In this document: piece by piece, positions 38,261 through 41,312 of the stretch
Position numbering within the stretch: the stretch's first letter is position 1
Layout: every line of letters begins with the position of its first letter
NCBI GenBank assembly: GCA_019058015.1
Contig: JAHLWH010000030.1
Coordinates: forward strand, 1-41,312
Direction: 5' to 3'
Length of the DNA stretch: 41,312 bases
Source of the DNA: Promethearchaeota archaeon
Lineage (GTDB): Archaea; Asgardarchaeota; Lokiarchaeia; Sigyniarchaeales; SOKP01
Program-made: the position numbers and the translations under genes
Notes under the pieces: generated by a model
Database searches by the model: none
What the model was told of the DNA's origin: nothing
The model's input: only the letters and a program-made list of their open reading frames with translations

Positions 38261-40141
38261 ATGCGGCGAATAAAAAAAATTAAAGATTTCGAAAAAATTG
38301 CTGCAGGAGAAGTTGTTGAACGGCCTGCTTCAGTTGTTAAAGAATTGGTGGAAAATTCGATTGATGCAGGGGCAAAGAACATCAAGATTATCATTAAAAA
38401 TGCTGGAAAAAGTTTAATTCAAGTAATTGATGATGGCTACGGTATTGAAAAAGAGGATGTAGAAATCGCTTTTGATCGTTACACAAGCGGAAAAATTGAA
38501 AAATTTGAAGATTTAGATACTCTAACAACATTAGGATTTAGGGGAGAAGCTCTTAGTAGTATCGCGGTAGTTTCACAAGTAGAATTAATAACACGCACTA
38601 AAAATGATGATTTAGGTTCGACCATCGTAATTCATGGCGGGGCGGTTATTGAAAAAAAGGAAATTTCAGCTCCTGTCGGAACGAATATTAAAGTAAAAAA
38701 TCTATTCTATAATATTCCCGCAAGACAAAAATTTTTAAAAACAAACAGGGTGGAACTTGGTCATATTACCGATATAATCACTAGATATGCCTTAGGTTAT
38801 CCTCAAATTCATTTTGTTTATCAACACAATAATTTAGATATTCTTAATTGTCCATCTTCAGATGATTTAAAAGATATGGTTTTCCATATATATGGAAAAG
38901 AAACTGCGAAAAAAATGCATCCAATCGATTATATCCATCAGGATGGGCTATTTGCATTGTCCGGATTGCTAGGCGACCCAGAAATTTCGAAAAAAAAAAG
39001 AACTAGCCCCAGTTTATTTCTTAATAAGAGATATGTTATATCTGATAAATTTTTTGAAGTGATTAAGGATGCATATAAAGGTTTCTTAATGATTGGGAGG
39101 TTTCCTTTCTTTATTTTAAATTTAGATACAAATCCTGCTTATGTTGATTTTAATATCCATCCCCAAAAGATGTCTGTCCGCTTTAATAATGAAAAGATAT
39201 TATTCCCCTTTATAGAAAATGCATTAAAGGCTCATTTAGATGAGTTATTCTTAACAAAAAAGGGCGAAATAATTACAAAACCATTGGAAACATTTATTGA
39301 AGAAGAGAAAGAGGAAATTCAATCTGGTTTAAAAAATATTACGGTTCATGTAGATGATCAATCTATAATAGCAAAAGAACAAGTATTAAATTTTCAAGCC
39401 GATTCAAACATTATCGATTCAGCAAAATCGAAGGAAATGATACAAACTAAACTAATATCCGAGGGCATACTTGAAAAGAAATTTGAAAATGCCATAGCAG
39501 AATCATTATACCGAGAACAATATATTATCACTGATACTTTACCTAAAATGCGTCCTATTTCAAGAACAGGGCAATTAAGTAACAAAATATATATATTATT
39601 TGAAAGTAAAGACGAGGATGGTAATCCAGCAATATTAATTATAGACCAGCATGCAGCTTCTGAACGAATTATGAAAGAAAAGTTTTTAAATCAATATAGA
39701 GATTCAAAAGTTCAAAAACAGCAATTAATTTCTCCCTTAAAAATTAATATCTCTCCAGCTGAACGTTTTTTTTTGAAAGAACATTTAAGTGAGGTTAATA
39801 AGTTTGGATTTGAATTAGAGGATTTCGGAGGAAATACATTTATATTAAGAGCAGTGCCAGCAATTATCGAAAAACTCCCCAAAATAGATATACTTAAAGA
39901 TATGATCGAGGAAATCGCACATATAGGAAAACAGCAGAGTTTCTCCGAATCTGAAGAGGAGATTATCAATTATCTTGCATGTCATAAAAGCATTCGGGGA
40001 GGGGATTATCTCACAACGAAAGACATTAGAAGGTTGGTTTTAGAGCTTTCGAAATGTAAAGACCCCTATCATTGCGCACATGGAAGACCCACTTTAAGAT
40101 TTATTACTTTTAAAGATCTTGATAAAATGTTTCACCGATAG
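38261..40141 (+). CDS. mutL: DNA mismatch repair protein MutL (endonuclease-type)
   Basis: IAAGEVVERP, ENSIDAG, GFRGEAL, DQHAASERIMKE, ACH, CAHGRP. Confidence 0.97.
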   Translation: MRRIKKIKDFEKIAAGEVVERPASVVKELVENSIDAGAKNIKIIIKNAGKSLIQVIDDGYGIEKEDVEIAFDRYTSGKIEKFEDLDTLTTLGFRGEALSSIAVVSQVELITRTKNDDLGSTIVIHGGAVIEKKEISAPVGTNIKVKNLFYNIPARQKFLKTNRVELGHITDIITRYALGYPQIHFVYQHNNLDILNCPSSDDLKDMVFHIYGKETAKKMHPIDYIHQDGLFALSGLLGDPEISKKKRTSPSLFLNKRYVISDKFFEVIKDAYKGFLMIGRFPFFILNLDTNPAYVDFNIHPQKMSVRFNNEKILFPFIENALKAHLDELFLTKKGEIITKPLETFIEEEKEEIQSGLKNITVHVDDQSIIAKEQVLNFQADSNIIDSAKSKEMIQTKLISEGILEKKFENAIAESLYREQYIITDTLPKMRPISRTGQLSNKIYILFESKDEDGNPAILIIDQHAASERIMKEKFLNQYRDSKVQKQQLISPLKINISPAERFFLKEHLSEVNKFGFELEDFGGNTFILRAVPAIIEKLPKIDILKDMIEEIAHIGKQQSFSESEEEIINYLACHKSIRGGDYLTTKDIRRLVLELSKCKDPYHCAHGRPTLRFITFKDLDKMFHR

Positions 40142-40487
40142 GATAATAACCGAGGACAGATTTAATAAAAAATTTTTCTTGATCATCACTTGCTAATCTT
40201 AAAATCATATATATAAAAATTATATAAAAATATAAATCAATTTATAGAAAAGTATAACCTTACTTATTTTATCTTAATTTGATTTGTTTATTTTTTATAA
40301 TAATTCTTTTACATTTTGGAGCTTAAACCTTCTTTATTGATTTTGGTATGACGGTATATATATTCCGAAATTAGATTTATTTTGATAATAAATTATTACA
40401 CCTTAATTATTTATAAGTTACGGTTCCCAATTTTCCATAATTAAATATATCTCATAAATTTTAAAATAAAATGAAAAGAAAAATAAA

Positions 40488-41312
40488 TTGACTTCGGAGA
40501 GAAATAGTGAAAATAATAAATCAGAAAAAAATTTTTCACAAAAAGAATTACGAGAAAGACTTCCATTTGATAGGAAAAACTTTTCTGATAAAGTCTTAAA
40601 ATTTTTTGATGATTATAATATTCCTTACACAGATAAACAGAAAAGGTGGGATTGGATTAATAGAAAAACTGCACCTATATATTATCGAGAGATTATTTAT
40701 CCAGATGTAAAGGGTAAGTTAAATAGGGATGATTATTATCTAAAAAATGGAGAAGCGCCCACTCTTGAACAGATAAAAAAATATGGGCATCTAGATTTTG
40801 CATCAGCTTGTACATACAGAGGCATCAAATATAACGATATTTTAAGGGGAGTGGGGTTAAAAATCAATATAGAAATGAATCGTTGGGAAGGATTAAATTT
40901 GGAGAAAGCTGCAATAAATCTATTAAACATACTTAATGAAGGTTTAAGGGAGAAATTAGGTTTGGCAGATAATGAATCACCTACTCTTAAGCAATTGAAT
41001 GATAATGGATTCAGGGATTTTGCATCAGCTTGTAGAAAGAGAAGGATTAAAATAAACGATGTTATAATCGAAGCAGGGCTAAAAATTAATAAAGAAATGA
41101 ATCGTTGGGAAGGATTAGATTTAGAAAAAGCTGCCGAACATTTATTAAAAATACTTAACGGAGGTTTAAAGGAGAAATTAGATTTGGCTGATAACGAAGC
41201 ACCTACAATGGACCAATTGATCGATAATGGGTATGGAGACTTTTTGAGAGCCTATACAAATAGAGGCATCAAACATAATGATGTTTTGAAGGAATCTGGG
41301 TTAATTCCTCAC
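40488..41312 (+). CDS. Tandem 74-aa repeat protein (homing-endonuclease-associated repeat-like), runs off the window edge
   Basis: Not in the ORF track. An open frame of 275 codons runs from TTG 40488 to the window end with repeats RW...A...L...EAPT..Q....G..DF..A...R.IK.ND.....GL. Confidence 0.85.
   Translation, partial: MTSERNSENNKSEKNFSQKELRERLPFDRKNFSDKVLKFFDDYNIPYTDKQKRWDWINRKTAPIYYREIIYPDVKGKLNRDDYYLKNGEAPTLEQIKKYGHLDFASACTYRGIKYNDILRGVGLKINIEMNRWEGLNLEKAAINLLNILNEGLREKLGLADNESPTLKQLNDNGFRDFASACRKRRIKINDVIIEAGLKINKEMNRWEGLDLEKAAEHLLKILNGGLKEKLDLADNEAPTMDQLIDNGYGDFLRAYTNRGIKHNDVLKESGLIPH
40750..41312 (+). repeat. Coding tandem repeat, period 222 bp, about 2.5 copies visible
   Basis: GAAATGAATCGTTGGGAAGGATTA occurs at 40872 and 41094. 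GATTTTGCATCAGCTTGTA recurs with the same 222-bp spacing. Confidence 0.92.

Noticed and set aside
17669-40141. Dam-directed (MutH-type) mismatch repair
   Set aside because: No MutH is seen, dam is about 17 kb from mutS, and MutL carries the DQHA-x2-E-x4-E endonuclease motif of MutH-independent systems.
40280-40420. Short words shared with 33560-33605 (TTATTTTTTATAAT, TCCGAAAT, TAATTATTTATAA) as possible common element ends
   Set aside because: Spacing differs between the two sites and the words are low-complexity A/T, so the evidence is insufficient.
1163-40930. Short antisense or overlapping track ORFs (e.g. 1163-1462, 3751-4146, 4631-4879, 7281-7634, 8961-9236, 34772-35137, 39712-39969, 40736-40930)
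   Set aside because: They lie on or opposite well-supported genes, show shadow-frame composition (F/S/I/L-rich) and have no motifs.
1-41312. tRNA, rRNA, CRISPR arrays, IS elements, provirus
   Set aside because: No GC-rich structured RNA blocks, regularly spaced repeats, transposase, integrase or viral structural genes were seen by eye. tRNAscan-SE and Infernal would be needed to exclude small RNAs.

Overview
A 41.3 kb, very AT-rich, gene-dense chromosomal segment. Gelsolin-family genes alongside Sm, RIO2, Clp1-like and four-subunit 2-oxoacid:ferredoxin oxidoreductase genes point to an Asgard archaeon, most likely Lokiarchaeia (inference from protein content, no search run). About 38 CDS are supported. 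They include an ABC exporter, a lipid-linked glycosylation trio, a two-domain gelsolin with a C-terminal Zn-ribbon plus a free-standing copy of that Zn-ribbon, a Clp1/Nol9-like kinase, two orphan adenine methyltransferases, SCP2 plus thiolase, a GIFT-RHH protein, a PPP phosphatase, a tandem-SH3 protein, the porGDAB operon, duplicated lipases and mutS-mutL. Two CDS missing from the ORF track lie at the window edges: an ABC permease and a 74-aa tandem-repeat protein. One disrupted Zn-ribbon/Vsr-like nuclease gene is split over three ORFs. No rRNA, tRNA, CRISPR array or transposase was seen. The best candidate for an undescribed system is an overlapping gene pair at 11484-14040: a circularly permuted ATP-grasp ligase with TTL/YheCD-like motifs and an atypical M14 carboxypeptidase, possibly a peptide-tag writer/eraser. 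Next best are a membrane-anchored gelsolin-like protein, the gelsolin/Zn-ribbon module, and a tail-anchored protein with strict 11-residue amphipathic periodicity. All family calls are by motif recognition only.
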